A stretch of 64,000 bases of DNA, from the NCBI GenBank assembly GCA_030390025.1, contig CM059440.1, positions 33,232,001-33,296,000 on the forward strand. The letters run 5' to 3'. Positions 1 through 13,172 of this stretch are shown piece by piece (position 1 is the first letter of the stretch; each line of letters opens with the position of its first letter). Both the position numbers and the translations under genes were made by a program. Source of the DNA: Squalus acanthias (lineage: Eukaryota). The notes beneath the pieces are model-generated. The model was not told the origin of the DNA. It worked only from the letters and a program-made list of their open reading frames with translations, and searched no databases.

Positions 1-86
1 AAATGTGGACTTATATTTCCTCATTCTGATTGATAGTTTGATGTGTACATACCAATTCGATTGCCTTAACTACCGGACGACTCTTG

Positions 87-936
87 GGCCGCGATTTTGT
101 CAGCGCTGTCGGGATGGGTGCGGGTCAGCTGGTTCCCGACTTCCAGTCCCGCCCCCAGCTGACTCCGTTCCACAGACATGATTTTCCCCTGATTGACCTT
201 GCTAAGCCCGCCCTGCGGGCTTGCCATCCAATTAACAGGAAGCGGGTCTGATGATGTCATTTGATGACGCGTCATCTGCCGGTTTCCTTAAAGGGACCAC
301 GCACAATTTTATTTTGACAGTTGATTTCTCAGTGCTTGACAGCATTGAGGTGCTGAAAACAGCTGACAATCACTGCACAAAGGTGACCTCTTGCACCCAG
401 GCTCTCCAATGACTCCCTCCATATGCTGGAATAGATGCCAGCTGCAGGTGAGGTGACAGAAGCGATCTGTCACTGGTGAGAGAGGTTTTCCCAATGAGGT
501 GGGACTGGACATATAGTTGGATTTAAAAACTTGCAAGCTAAAGAAATCTGTAAATGTTTTAAAAATGCAGTAACCAACATTTTCTGAAACTCACCATGTG
601 CAACATTGGATCCTTCACACCACTTCTGCAGCTGTCATCTTTTCACAAACATTACACCAGACTCACAACACTTACCTGGAAACCCGACCCAGAAGCAGGA
701 AAATCCAAAAACAAACTGAAAACTACTGACAAGTACCTGTTAATAGGCAGGTAAATGCCTTTAATCCGCTTCCCGCCGCTAGGTGTCGGGTCCATTCGCA
801 AATCGGGGACCCGACACTTGGGAAAGCTGTTTGGAGGCGGGTTGATAGCGGATTCGGAACCCGCCGTCAATCAAATCGAATTTAACCTCTGACCCGCCTC
901 CAAACCCGCCCTCTGAGCGCTGGCAAAATCGCAGCC
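87..936. mobile_element. Non-autonomous Harbinger deletion derivative (MITE)
   Basis: TIRs GGCCGCGATTTTG / CAAAATCGCAGCC; flanks TTG/TTT (degenerate 3-bp TSD). Interior is the Myb-gene 5' region (gcacccaggctctccaatgactccctccatatgc) joined to the reverse-complemented transposase 5' region, also seen in 18201-19937. Confidence 0.85.
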
Positions 937-1624
937 TTTATTTTTTTATACTAATGGAGAATTATAAACAGGATTTAAATGTAGTTGTAGTTTCGGGTCT
1001 TGAGCAGCCTAATCCGCAGTCCCTAAAGGGACCACTGGAGGCCGTTCAAAAATGTTCAGCATTTTGTGGAGTCGGAAGCAGCAGGCGTGTGCTCCTCCTG
1101 GCTCCGCCAAACGAATGTGGGCCCTTTCTCCCCTCCCAATTGCCTCATCCCCCCTGCCACGGTCTTATCTCTGGGCTTCGGCCTCGGCCAAAATTTGTCA
1201 GGCCACAACGGCTGAGCTGCGATGCTGCACCTCGTTGGCGCCCACAGCTCACCTGATTTATTCGGATGAGGCCTGAGGACAAATTGACTTCGGTTCTCGG
1301 GTCTCTCTGTTCCGGCGGTGCACGCCGCTGGAATCACGGCCGGTTTGGGGCGCTAAGCAATTTAGGTGCCAGCGTTTCTAATCTTACAAAGAAAACAGTA
1401 TAGAGACCTGCAGCCATTAGCCAACCTCAGCGTCTTTGCAATTTGTGCTGCTGTGGCTCGATAAAAAGGCTGACATGTGAGGCAGGAGATTTAAAGATGC
1501 CACAGAGGACAATCACTTAGTAGTGTTATCATCTTTGTTCAATGCCTCTGTGTATAAGAATATAGCAGTATAAAGGTTTAGCTATGAGTCATGCCTATTT
1601 GACTCATCCACTCTTATTGTACTG

Positions 1625-2152
1625 GTTCGGTGGTAGCACTCTCCCTGCACGCCAGAAGGCTGCAGCTTCATGTCCTATTTCATAATCAAGGCCAAGGCTA
1701 CAGTACAATACTGAAGGAATGTTGCACTATTGAGGATGGCATCGTTCCGATGAGATGTAAAGCCTTGTCGGCCGAATCAGATGGATGCAAAACATCCCAA
1801 GACACTTTTTTGAAGAACATCTGGTGGTTCTCTTGGTGTCCTGGCTGATAATCATCTCATTGATGTTTATGGGACTTTGCTACGCATAAATTGGCTGTCA
1901 CACTTCCATTCAATAACAGGAACTACGCATCAAAATCCTGGAACTCCCTCCCTAACAGCACTGTGGGAGTAGCTTCAGGTCAAGAAGGCTGCTCACCACC
2001 ACCTTCTCAAGGCAATTAGGGATGGGCAATAAATGCTGGTCCTGCCAGCGACGCCCACATCCCGTTAATGAATAAAAAAAGAAATAATTTATCAGCTGTG
2101 AAGTGTTTGAGATGGCCATGGACGTCAAAGCTCCTTTATATATGCAAGTTTT
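1625..2152 (+). mobile_element. Degenerate tRNA-derived Deu-type SINE interrupted by a LINE 3' end (~1932-2080)
   Basis: Head ggttcggtggtagcactctccc, body aaattggctgtcacacttcc, tail tatatatgcaag; matches the cleaner copies at 10.5-10.9 kb and 36.6-37.1 kb. Confidence 0.6.
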
Positions 2153-2426
2153 TAAAAAATAATATTCATCTTCCAATCAAATGAGAGGCCCATAGAGCCA
2201 GTCTTAGCTCATTGCTCAGAAAGAAAATCCTACATTTCCCCAACTCAGCATTCATCTGGCTCTTGAATGACTCAATGATTTTTGCCTCCATTCTCTAGAA
2301 ATCTGTTTCACGCGTTGCTTATTTTTGATGTGAGGAAATTCTACTTGTCACCAGTTTGAACCTATGTCCCCTTGTCCTAATGTTATGGCATACATTGAAG
2401 TAGTGCCACAGAGTTTCCAATACAAT

Positions 2427-3612
2427 GGCCGCGATTTTACTAACCTCGGCGAGTCCGTGGCGGGCGAAGTCGGTGGCGGGTCCCGACCCCGCTGCTGGCT
2501 CCATCCCACTGTCCAACATGATCTTCCCTTGATTGGACTTGTTAAACCCGCCCAGCGAGTTTCCCGGCCAATTAGAGAAACGGGTCTGGTGACGTCATTT
2601 GATGATGCGTCATCAGCCGGTTTCCTTAAAGGGACCATGGCCAAATTTATTTTGACATTTGTGCTGTCAGTGTTCTACAGCATTGAGGTGCTGCAAACAC
2701 TGACCAGCACTGCACAGAGGTGCACCCAGGCTCTCCCATGACTCCCTCCATATGCTTATGCAGGGAGTCACAGCACGCAGGGAGGTCCTCTTCCCTTCCC
2801 ATGTGCGGAAGAGACCTCCCCAGGAGATCAACGCAGTCTGGTTGCACATTGCACAGGAGAGCACAAGCAGGGATGTGGTCAGGAGGATCTGGGTGCAGTG
2901 CCGCAAACGTTTCAATGATCTCAGTAGATCACGAAACGTTATTACAAAGCCACACTCAACCTCATCCTGCTGTGCCTCTCATCACATCCCCATCACTCTG
3001 CCTTCCCTACCCTACTCCTGCACATTATTACACACACCAACTTACCTTGCACCTCCACCCATCCCTCTCTATCTACCTTATCACACCCCCATCTCACTAG
3101 CCACCCCTCACACTCACCCTCATCCTAGTTGAATCATACCAACTAACAACACACAAGGGCAGGCACTTGGGTGTTTTATGTAATGTTCATGTAAAGTTTC
3201 TGTTAATGTGGTGTCAAACATTGAAACCTTTATTTTCAAAACATTGCATTCTTGGACAGATTTGTGTGCACCTTTGGAAGTGGCTTAGTGAGTTGCAGTG
3301 AATGGTGAGACATAACGGTACCCCTAGCAATGGTGATGAGTGTGAAAGGAATGACTTGGGCATTGTAGGGGTGCTTTATGGTGTTGGTGTGGGGTGGTGC
3401 CAACCTGGGGTATCATGTGGCAGCCAGGGTGTACAGCGTCAAGTGAAGTAAATCTGGACTTGGTGAGACCATCCCTGGCGTCCCGGGCAGCAATGTGCTC
3501 GGGTGCTGATGCCCTGTATCCTGTGCAGCATCAGTTGATTGCGGAGAAGGTTGGTGTTGTTGTTGGTGCTGCTGGTGTGCCTGGTGCTGCTGGTGTTGGG
3601 GCTGATTGTGAC
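2427..3612. mobile_element. Non-autonomous Harbinger derivative, one end missing
   Basis: Left TIR GGCCGCGATTTT; CCAAT-TGACGTCA-CTTAAAGG promoter; degenerate Myb/SANT exon 1 (RRIWVQCRKRFNDLSRS); colinear with 18201-19937. Confidence 0.85.
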
Positions 3613-3891
3613 TAATGACGCCCGTAACCCAAGAATGAATTTTAAAAAATACCTCTATAACCTCCATTCCTTTTCTCAATCAATATCAATGCAGCTGCCT
3701 TTTAACGTTCTCAGATGACTCCGAATCATTTACCTTTCTAGGAGTCTGTTCCACATGAGCAATATTCTAAGGAAAAAGTTTTTCTAATCTCTAACCTTGC
3801 TCATGGTTCAAAAAGGTATTGTACTCTTTCCATTGGCTTGCTGTCCTTTCTGAAGTATGGGACTAAAACTGTCCACAGTATTCTACATAAC

Positions 3892-4654
3892 GGCCCAGAA
3901 ATTCGCCTCTCCGGCTTGCCGCGGGGGTAAGGATCGCGCGCGCTCTTACCTACCGCGCCTGCCGTTGTGTTTTGGGCCCACGGGAACTTCGGGTCCTGGG
4001 CCTCTCCCAACTGCCGGCGTGCAGTGCTTGCGTGTCCCAGGGGCGCAGTTAGTGCGATGCGTCCCCTGGGATCACGTGGGCCATGGAGAGCCAATGGCAG
4101 CAGACCATCTTTCATTCATAGATTTGACGGGAGACCTGTCAAATCTGTGAATTGAAATCGGCCCCAAAAGAACAGCTAAACTTAAAATAAATTAAAATAA
4201 AACCCATCACATTTATAAAATAACTATAGTTACATAAATTAACCACTTTAAACAAAAATTAAAATTTTTGAAAAAACTAAAATACTTTTTAAAAGTGATA
4301 AAAATAAACTTACCTTTCTTTAAAGTATCTAAAAAAGATAAAGCTGTTGAAAAATTTTTAAAATTATACTTAATTAACCACTTACCTTGTTGAAAATGGG
4401 TCCTGCGCCTCCTTTTTAATAGCGTAGTTTCTTCAATACTTACCCTCGTGTAGAAACCTGAAAAAAATCTAAGTTTGCTGCGTGCGCGCAGCCTCTACCG
4501 CGCACGCGGTTCACCTAGGAACCGCCCCCTTCACCATACCGGAAGTTCCGGTTTCCCGCACATGCGCAGTGCATGCAGGAAACCGGCACTTCGGGACGCA
4601 GTATGGGTGAGTACGGACTGTGTACTCACCCGGGAACGGCCGAATTTTTGGCCC
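3892..4654. mobile_element. Harbinger-type MITE
   Basis: TIRs GGCCCAGAAATTCG / CGAATTTTTGGCCC; GC-rich ends and AT-rich core; related to the element starting at ~25902. Confidence 0.7.
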
Positions 4655-4679
4655 ATCATTTATTCAGTGTCTTTTGCAG

Positions 4680-4735
4680 AGCTAACATTGATGATTAGAT
4701 GCTTAGGAGCCTTCTGTGAAAATCCTGCCAGATAT
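4680..4735 (+). other. Candidate host coding exon (unverified)
   Basis: Acceptor tcttttgcag, donor GTAAGA; open frame LTLMIRCLGAFCENPARY; no protein recognised. Confidence 0.25.
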
Positions 4736-4814
4736 GTAAGACACACCCGTCATTACTGAATTTCCTTTGGAGTTGTTGAAATTTGCCCATTATGTAGCAT
4801 ACAGCACCTTTTTT

Positions 4815-4995
4815 TTTAATTCGTTCCTGGGACATGGGCATCACTGGCAAGGCCAGCATTTATTGCCCATCCCTAATTGCCCTCGAGAAGGTGGTGGTGA
4901 GCCGCCTTCTTGAACCGCTGCAGTCCGTGTGGTGAAGGTACTCCCACTGTGCTGCCAGGGAGGGAGTTCCAGGATTTTGACCCAGCGACGATGAA
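4815..4995 (-). mobile_element. CR1/Zenon-like LINE 3' end
   Basis: Reverse complement of the WNSLP...RFKKAAHHHLL terminus and 3' UTR seen at 23440-23608. Confidence 0.8.
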
Positions 4996-6365
4996 AATGT
5001 ATTTTTTGTACATTTCCCGTGCTTGATTATAAAATAGAATAAAAGAACTGTCTGAAGTCGATGAAGAATTCATCACTAACAGCCTCTTTAATTGGATCAG
5101 ACAAAGCTTGGTAATTCTGCCATTTTCCTCATTAGTTTCTAAAGAAAACATGCCACAATCACAAAATGTTGACACATATTAACACAAGTTAAATTCCTTT
5201 TTTCTCCCTTTTCAAGTTTCTCCCTTTTAATTAATGTGGTCTTTTAAAGCCTAGCATTCAAAATTAATTTACAATTCTAACGTATTATTGCAGTAACACG
5301 GACATAACCCTTATTTTCTATGTGTGAAAGTAATTATTTTCTCATTTTGTTTAAAATGATATATTTTAGTTCAGCCCTGCCATGTGGGCCATTCATGGTA
5401 TTTTAAATTTAATTAAAATGGATAAACAATGCTATCTGTTTGGATAGGGAATAAAGTCATACACAACTGAATACATGAATTGTAATGAATCTAATGGGAG
5501 ATATTTTGCTCTGACACGGTCGATCTCACTTTCCGCTATAACTGCAATTCCGCCTTTGGTCCTGCATAAATTGGAACATGCATTTTACATAGTTGCTTCA
5601 TATTTAGATTTCATTCAAATTAGTATCAAGCGTCTAAATAAAACAAGATGCAAAATAAAAAATTAGAAGGCAATTCTGTGATTCAGCACCTCCAGCAGAC
5701 AAAGGCAGCCACAGGGAGCACATCTTGGCAGGTGGGCAGCACCTGAACTTCTGTCCATGGCCCAGAATGTGCCTGCTATTTCTCAAGGTGCACTCCCTGC
5801 GATTTGAAAAAAAATTGTGCAGAATGATACTTTTTAATTTTAATCTCATTTCTTCACATTTCATAAGATCTTTGGATCTAATAAATTAATCTCCTCCAAC
5901 GAGACATTAAACTGAGGCCTCAACTGCCTGTTCCAGTGGTTTGGATGATCGTTAATGATCCCGTGACAAGATTTGAACAAGAGTGGGAGTTTCTCTCAGT
6001 GTCCTGGACAATGTATGTCCCTCAAACAACACCACCAAAATATCAGATTAACTGCTCAATTATCTCAGTGCAGTTAGTAGGATCTTGATGTGTGCAAAAT
6101 GGCTGCCGTGTTTCTCCGCGTAAAAGCCGTCATGCACTTCAAGGTAGTTCATTGTAGGTGAATTACTTTGAGATGTTTCCAAGAGCTAGGAATGACTACC
6201 AGTCTTTCCTATCTTTATCTTAGAATTAAACAAGTTGCCATGGGTTAACGCTACAACATTTGTCTAAATAATAACATGATGTGGAGATGCCGGTGTTGGA
6301 CTGGGGTGGACAAATGTGAGAAGTCGCACAACACCAGGTTATAGTCCAACAGCTTTATTTGAAAT

Positions 6366-6401
6366 CACAAGCTTTCGGAGCGGCTGCTCCTTCGTCAGGT
6401 G
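6366..6401 (-). ncRNA. Minimal type I hammerhead ribozyme motif (inverted copy)
   Basis: Reverse complement reads CAC-CUGACGA-A-GGAGC(agcc)GCUCC-GAAA-GC-UU-GUG. Confidence 0.75.
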
Positions 6402-6406
6402 AAGTC

Positions 6407-6441
6407 CACCTGACGAAGGAGCAGCGCTCCGAAAGCTTGTG
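6407..6441 (+). ncRNA. Minimal type I hammerhead ribozyme motif
   Basis: CAC-CUGACGA-A-GGAGC(agc)GCUCC-GAAA-GC-UU-GUG: stem I CAC/GUG, conserved core, 5-bp stem II, palindromic AAGCUU stem III. Confidence 0.75.
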
Positions 6442-8132
6442 ATTTCAAATAAAGCTGTTGGACTATAACCTGGTGTTGTGCGACTTCTCTAAATAATAAC
6501 AGGCAATATACTCCAAAATAATTCACTGTTAAAAAAAAAAGTGATGAATAATCAAGGCCAAAAGGCTGTCCATGTGAATGACCTCCTCAGCATTAAGTTA
6601 TAGACATTCTTTTGGGCCACGAGGCTGATGTGAAATGGGCGCAGGGATCGATTCCTGCGCTACAACAGGTAGACCTGAGGCCCGATCGATAGTAGCAACG
6701 TAGCACTATTTGTGCAATGATTCCATGCATTCCTTCTACTATTGGGTCGTCAATAGGACTCAGAGCTGCCCTAACCTGGTTGGTGAACTTCAAAGAATTT
6801 GCTGATTGATTGTTTAGTAAATCAATAGCTTTGCCCATTGTGGCTGGAACTTGTTATTGGATCGCTGGGTAAATTGCAAGTTTTTTCATGGTCTCATTCA
6901 TTTGGTATTTTTAGCAAAAGGATCTTAATAGATCCATTGCACGATGGGATAATTACATCAGGGAGCTATGTTCGAATATAGTGCAGGTGAGAGAATTGGT
7001 GCTGCAGTTTTGCAGTTCTATCTCTAACCAGTGCTCCCTTCAAACACAGCTCTCCACTGGGAGCACTGAATTTACTCGCTTCTATATAAATATATCTATT
7101 ATTTGCTTGATGTTCCCATGTTTCTATTTCACATCTTTTCAAGGTAATACCATCTGAATAAGCAAGTGAACAATTATCATTGAGATTAGGAGTGCTCAGT
7201 TTATTAGTACTATCATTGCTTATATGCTGGAGGAGAGACATACAGAATCATACAGCACAGAAGGAGGCCATTCGGTCCACCCGCCCTGATTTTAACTCCA
7301 GGTGGATTCCCCGCTCAGGCCTGAGTTCAAATTACAGTCAGGTCTCAATGATGTCATCGGGCTGCCACACGCATTTGTAAAGAAGGACCCTGTTGGCTCC
7401 ACGGGGGTGTCCTTGCTGCCTGCTCAGGAGAGCAGGTTAAAATCGCAGATGTTGCGATCGTGGGACCTTTCGGACAGGAAAGAGCCAGGGCGATTTTAAT
7501 TGGCCACCCGCCAGCTTTCTGCTGAGCTAATTGGGTTAAAGTCGCCCCCGATCGTGCCTGTGCTGAATGTGATGATGTTTGGTTGTAAGTAGTAAGAAAA
7601 TAAACCTTGTTTATTACACTTTGTTCAGAGTATAGTCCAGGATGTACTTTATTTCCATTTGGAAAACAGTGTTATGTTTTTAGAGATTCCTCCAGCACTA
7701 AAGAGGACTCCTGCAAGTGAATCCCTGCTCCCTGTGACCCACCGTATGACTTGCTTTGTGTGGTTTGCCCAGGGTGAAACAAAATGCTTAAGCTACACTT
7801 CCTCAGATATACATAAAAAAGACACATGATGCAAGACTTAGCTAACTCACTTAGCAATACTAAGCCTGGGCCAGCATCCATAGCATTCAATTTATACGTG
7901 GGGATTTGTCGTCAGCCTCTAGCTCAATGGCTCAGATGAACTGGGAGAAAGCTGTCACATATACCCTTAAAATTGGCAACTCCTGGCCACATAATTCGAC
8001 AAGTGGACTTCATAGGATCTTGACCTCTGCCTCTGTTCTTCCCACCCCTCTTTGTTTTGGTTTGTCCTGTAAAATACTTTTGTTGGCCTGATAGTGGCAG
8101 TTGTAGATGAAGGATCTCATGTTAAACTATCC

Positions 8133-8637
8133 GGGACCCAAAATGTTCAGTCCCAAAGGTGGTTCTGGGGTACAAATTGGGGGCAGGATGCAGGAATTCT
8201 GGTAGGAACTGGAAATACTGGGTCTGCTCAGAATCGCCTTGCAATTCATGCAGGGCGCCTGGGATAAGCAGAACCTCTGTCCACCCCAAATATGGCCCTT
8301 GGCGTCAGAGGGGGGTGAGGTCAAGCCAAGGGATTTGCCAAGCTGGGAGTTTCCTTGGGCCCGGCCTCACTACCTGCTGCTGTATAGGTTGGCTCAGTGG
8401 CACAAGTGGGGCTCAGTGGGGTCTCCAGTCCAGGGTCCTGTCTTGGACAACCCTGGAAATAGTTCCTGTGCCTGACCAGATAAATAAGATTGATTTGCCT
8501 GGCTGGCAGTATTTATGGGGTCGGAGGGCGGGGAGGCGGGGGTGCGGGGGTGGGGGGGGAGGGAACCGACAACCTACCAAATGGCCATTTGGCATCGTAC
8601 TTAAGCTGATGGAGTAGGGCCAAGGGTTTTTGGCCCC
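8133..8637. mobile_element. Degenerate Harbinger-type MITE
   Basis: Ends GGGACCCAAAAT / TTTTTGGCCCC; GC-rich island in AT-rich DNA. Confidence 0.45.
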
Positions 8638-10544
8638 TGTTTCGCTTTCAATTGACCAACATGCTGTGAGATTCCAGCATCTTTTATATATGAAACATGA
8701 TGTAACCTTCAAAACCAGACCAAGTAACATATTACAGGATCACTAGAATGAGACTCTTGTGGTCTGACTGAGATAATTGTAGTCTGATTTAGATGGTAAT
8801 TAGGGATGTACCTGTCCAAAGAACATGATGCTCCGTCGATAGAGTTCCCATTTTAATGCACTTTTATCTCATAAAAATGCCAAAAACATGAATTTATGTC
8901 ACAACCCAACAGAACAGAGTCAAGGAACAGAGTCAAAGTCAAAGAGTCAATGGTGTTCCCTGAATTAACAAGATTATACCATCCTCTTCCCCTTAGACAA
9001 AAACAAGGGCCAAGTTTGTTCTAACTAAAGGTTTTCACACTTATTAAATTTATATTTATTATTTCCTTTCACCATTTCCTACTTTTTTTAATCTATTAAG
9101 GTGCAGTCTAATAACACAAAGAATGATTTTCTTGTATGTGAAAGTAATTTCCGTATGTAAATAGAAGATGATAGAATGCAATGCCCCCAAGGATTTGGGT
9201 CAATTGAAGTATTTGAAACTTAGATTTAATTAAAATTAGCAAGTGAAGGTTGCTGTCTGGACATGGAGTAAAGTCATGCAGAGCTGTGCATGAATAATAA
9301 ATATAGCACGGTAATGGTCGTTACCTCATACTGATATTGTGCCATTCTTCAACCCTTCGACTATAAGACATGAAAAAGCTAATAAATGACGTTGTGGCCT
9401 ACCTGTGTTATTCTAGTTTTTAATTTAGATTTAAACTAATTGAGTTTAAAATTGTAAAAATATGCTTATTTTCATTATACCTCTCTGCAGGTTTTTAATC
9501 CCATTAGGAATCTAATTTGCCACTAATTTTTGCCATTAAATTTGAGTTCATTTTGTCCGCTTCATTTCCTCCAAATTAAATCTGCTACAATAAAGTTTCC
9601 CCCTTTAACCCATTCCTACCATCTGAGGTATGTGTCTCAGACTGGTCCATGTGGAACGTTCTGCAGAGCCCCCAGACCCGAATCACACGACCAGCCGGTA
9701 GTCTTCTCAGTAACAGAGGAACGCAAGTACCTGCACAGACTCGCTGGCTAGTTAAATCTTAATGTTAGTAAAGAGCTGACTGGATTGACCCCTTTCCTCA
9801 CAGTAAAACCATTGAACTTTAAGGAAAATGTTCCCAGCTAATCCAATGGACCTTTTAAACCTGGTTTTGTGCTTGACTGTATTTACACCGCGCCAGTGCG
9901 AAGCTCAAGCGATGTAACCCTGTAGCTGGTCTTATCTGCCGTGTAAAACGGGCTTCCGATTCGCTATCTCACATTTTGAGGTACTGCCCAAGAGCTATTC
10001 CACCCCCTCCGATTCTAAGTCGGGCTTTAAACTGTAGATTGTGAAAGAGCGGGAAGACTGAAGGAGCTGAGAAGATCCACAGTTTGGAGATCTGGTGAAA
10101 GAAGGGAATGGTGCGATAAGACTTGATACGAAGCTAAAGTTATAAAACTTAGCGTCATGGGAGGTGAAATTGGTCTTGGACAGCAGTGCAGAATGTGAGA
10201 TAGTGAATTAGTGGGTTTTACGCCCTGCCCGATAGTCATTTCCATTGACTTCAATGTAATAGAAAATCGGGACGTGTATAAAATGGGCTGCTGATTCACT
10301 ATCGCCCATTTGGTGCTACTGCCCAGGCCCCCATAGAATTTTGTTGTGCAGAAGAAGATCATTTAGCTTGTGCCTCTGCTGGCTCTCTGAAAGAGCTTTT
10401 CGTGTAGTTCCATTCCTCTGAAGGATATGACAATTAAATGCAAATTGCATCTTTGCCAACCATCAGCTTGGCTTCACTTACTTCTTGACTTAGCTCAACC
10501 TCTCTCCTAATGTTTTCAACCTTATAATAAAATCATATTCACGT

Positions 10545-10942
10545 CAAATTTCCCTAAATGCTGCCCACAATGAGTTACCTTTGAAGAGCAGTGACTGTCC
10601 TGTGGGCAAATATGGCCGACATCTGCATCATCAAAATTACATGAGTGACCAGTCAATGTGTTTTTGATGGTGTCGGATTCAGGAAGAATGTTTCCCGGGA
10701 CACTGGGGGAGCTCTCTGCTCTTTTTTGAAATAGTGCCATGGGATCTTTTATGTAAACCCGAGAGAGCACACGGGGCCTCTAATTAACATCTCCTCCGAA
10801 AGACGGCACCTCCGACAGTGCAGCTCTCCCTCGGCATTCCACTGGAGTGCCAGCCTAGATTTTGTGCTCAAGTCTCTGGAGTGTGACTTGAACCCATGAC
10901 CTTCTGCCTCACAAGCGAGTGTGCTACCCACTGAGCCACGGC
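10545..10942 (-). mobile_element. tRNA-derived Deu-type SINE (SacSINE1/AmnSINE-like)
   Basis: Minus-strand head GCCGTGGCTCAGTGGGTAGC (A box) and GGTTCAAGTC (B box), then a ctgcactgtcggaggtgccgtctttcgg body. Confidence 0.8.
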
Positions 10943-11927
10943 TAATTGATGCCACAAATTTCAAAAAAGTACTGGATAATTATTTACAGAGGAATATAAA
11001 AGGAAAATGGGGACAAAGCAGGAAAATGGGACCGTTTAAAATCGGTGCTGGAGGAGGGTGTAAATTCAGTGCAAGCAAGAAGGGCCAAAAGATCTGCAGT
11101 CGTGCTGTAGTTTTTATGTCTATCTGCACATATTTGCCAATGAACATACAGAGAAATGTGTTTGCCCTGAGCCCTCATTATTTTAAACAAATATAGATCT
11201 CAAACCTTATTCCTGTGTCCTGTCCAGATCTGTAAGAAAAGCACTAGAACAGCCACAGCAGATGGGGCAGCAGTATTCAAGTCTTGGCAGGACCTAGGCC
11301 TTATAGAGAATAAAGGGTTGTTGAGGATAAACGAGTGGGTTGAAATTGTGCTGTGCGATATCAGTACTGAAATGCATTGATGTGGTCATACGAAATTCCT
11401 TGCCGGAATTTTCCCACTGCCGTGCGTGCGGGATTGGAGGTGGGTCGGCAGTAAAAGTGGAACCCGCTGTCATCCCGCCTCCTCGCGCCTTTAATTCGGG
11501 TGTGTTTGCCAGCGCAGCACGGACCCGAACGGCAGAGGCGGGCGAACGAATTTAGACCATTATTACCTTGTTGTCAGATCCTTAACCGTGATTTTAACCA
11601 GACCTTTTGAATTTCACTACATGACCACAGGAATCATGCAGCTCGTGAACCACGTCTGTCAGCCTGAGGTGGAAGTTCAGTGGCCATTGAGCGAGGTCAT
11701 TACTGCAGAGCGTGGAAAGCACAATAAATACTGTTACCTGACACCTGCTTACTTTCCTAAGGGAAATGCTGTTGATGAGTGCATTTTCAGCACAGATTTA
11801 GGTCTCTACAGTTTGCACATCTTTTCTGCAAATTCGGAAACCACTCTCACCTCATTGCTACTACCAATCACACCATTAACGGATTACTTCTCTGATCGCT
11901 ACTTGACCCGCCATCTATTACATCAGC

Positions 11928-13172
11928 ATGAGTGCCGTTTATACTGTCTCACCTTGGTCCTCAGAATCGGCCCACGATAAGCCCCAACACCAGCAGCAGC
12001 AGGCACACCACCAGCGGCAACAACAAGACCACCAACCTTCTCCTCAATGACCTTATGCTGCACAGGACAGAGGGCATCAGCGCAGGGCTGCACCGCACTG
12101 TCGACGATACCCCCAACACAGGATGTACAGGCAGAGGATGAGCTTCCACAACATGACTGAGCAGCAGTGCCAAAGGAGGCTCAGGCTATCGCGTCAAGTC
12201 GTCGCAGACATTTGCAGGTTGTTGGAGCAAGGGCCTGCAGCCCAGAGGACCTGGTGGACACACCTTACCAGTGGCTGTCAAACTCACCAGCACCCTCAAC
12301 TTCTTTGCCTCAGGCTCCTTCCAGGGATCTGCAGCAGACATTTACGGCATCTCGCAGTCGGCCGCCCACAGATGTATCACACAGGTCACCGATGCCCTGT
12401 TTGACAGTCAGCCAAATACATCAACTATGCCACTGATGAAGCCAGTGTTACTGAGTGGGCGTTCGGCTTTGCGGCTCTGGCTGGCTTCTCATGGGTGCAG
12501 GGCGTCATCGACTGCACACCTGTGGCCATCAGGGCACCCCATCATCACCCAGGAGTGTTTGTCAATCGCAAAGGCTTCCACTCCCTCAATGTGCAGCTCG
12601 TCTCCAACCATAGGAAGATCATCATGCATGTGTGCGCCAAATTCCCTGGCAGCTGCCATGACTCTTTCGTCCTGTGCCAGTCCACCCTCCCTCAGCTCTT
12701 CACACCTCCAAACAGATTTTCTGGCTGGCTGCTTGGAGACAAGGGCTATCCACTGAAGACGTGGCTCATGGCATCCTTGAGGAGGCCAAGTATTGAGGCC
12801 CAGGAGAGATATAATGAAAGCCACATGTCCACCAGATGTGTCATAGAGCAGACAGTAGGCATGCTGAAAATGCGCTCCAGACACCTTGACAGATCTGGAG
12901 GAGCCCTTCAGTACGCACCAGCCAGGGTCTCCAGAATCGTCATCGTCTGCTGCGCCCTGTACAACAAAGCGCAGCAGCGAGGATTAGCGCTGCATGAGGA
13001 GCAAGGCACTGAGCGCACAGCCTCTTCAGAGGAGGAGGAGCAGGAGGAGCAGGAGGAGGAGGAGGAGGAGGAGGAGGAGGAGGAGGAACCTGAGGTCCAG
13101 ATGCCAGCAGCACCTGAGCACATTGCTGCCCGGGAGGCCAGGGAGGACCGCATCATGGCCAGATTTACTTAA
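11928..13172 (+). pseudogene. Harbinger DDE transposase (HARBI1-like), disrupted
   Basis: ATG at 11928, one in-frame TGA (~12048) and frameshifts at ~12230 and ~12407. Motifs [46 protein letters not shown]; acidic poly-Glu tail. Confidence 0.9.

Larger units (their letters stand above)
6277..6487. mobile_element. Penelope-like element remnant: inverted pseudo-LTR pair with 14-bp TSD
   Basis: ~80-bp near-perfect inverted repeat centred on ~6404; TCTAAATAATAACA duplicated at 6263-6276 and 6488-6501. Confidence 0.8.

Noticed and set aside
6593-6838. 81-aa minus-strand ORF with a good Kozak context
   Set aside because: No recognisable domain or supporting exon structure; length is compatible with chance.
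10870-10942. tRNA gene
   Set aside because: The A and B boxes are the head of a SINE and run straight into the SINE body; same at 37030-37093.
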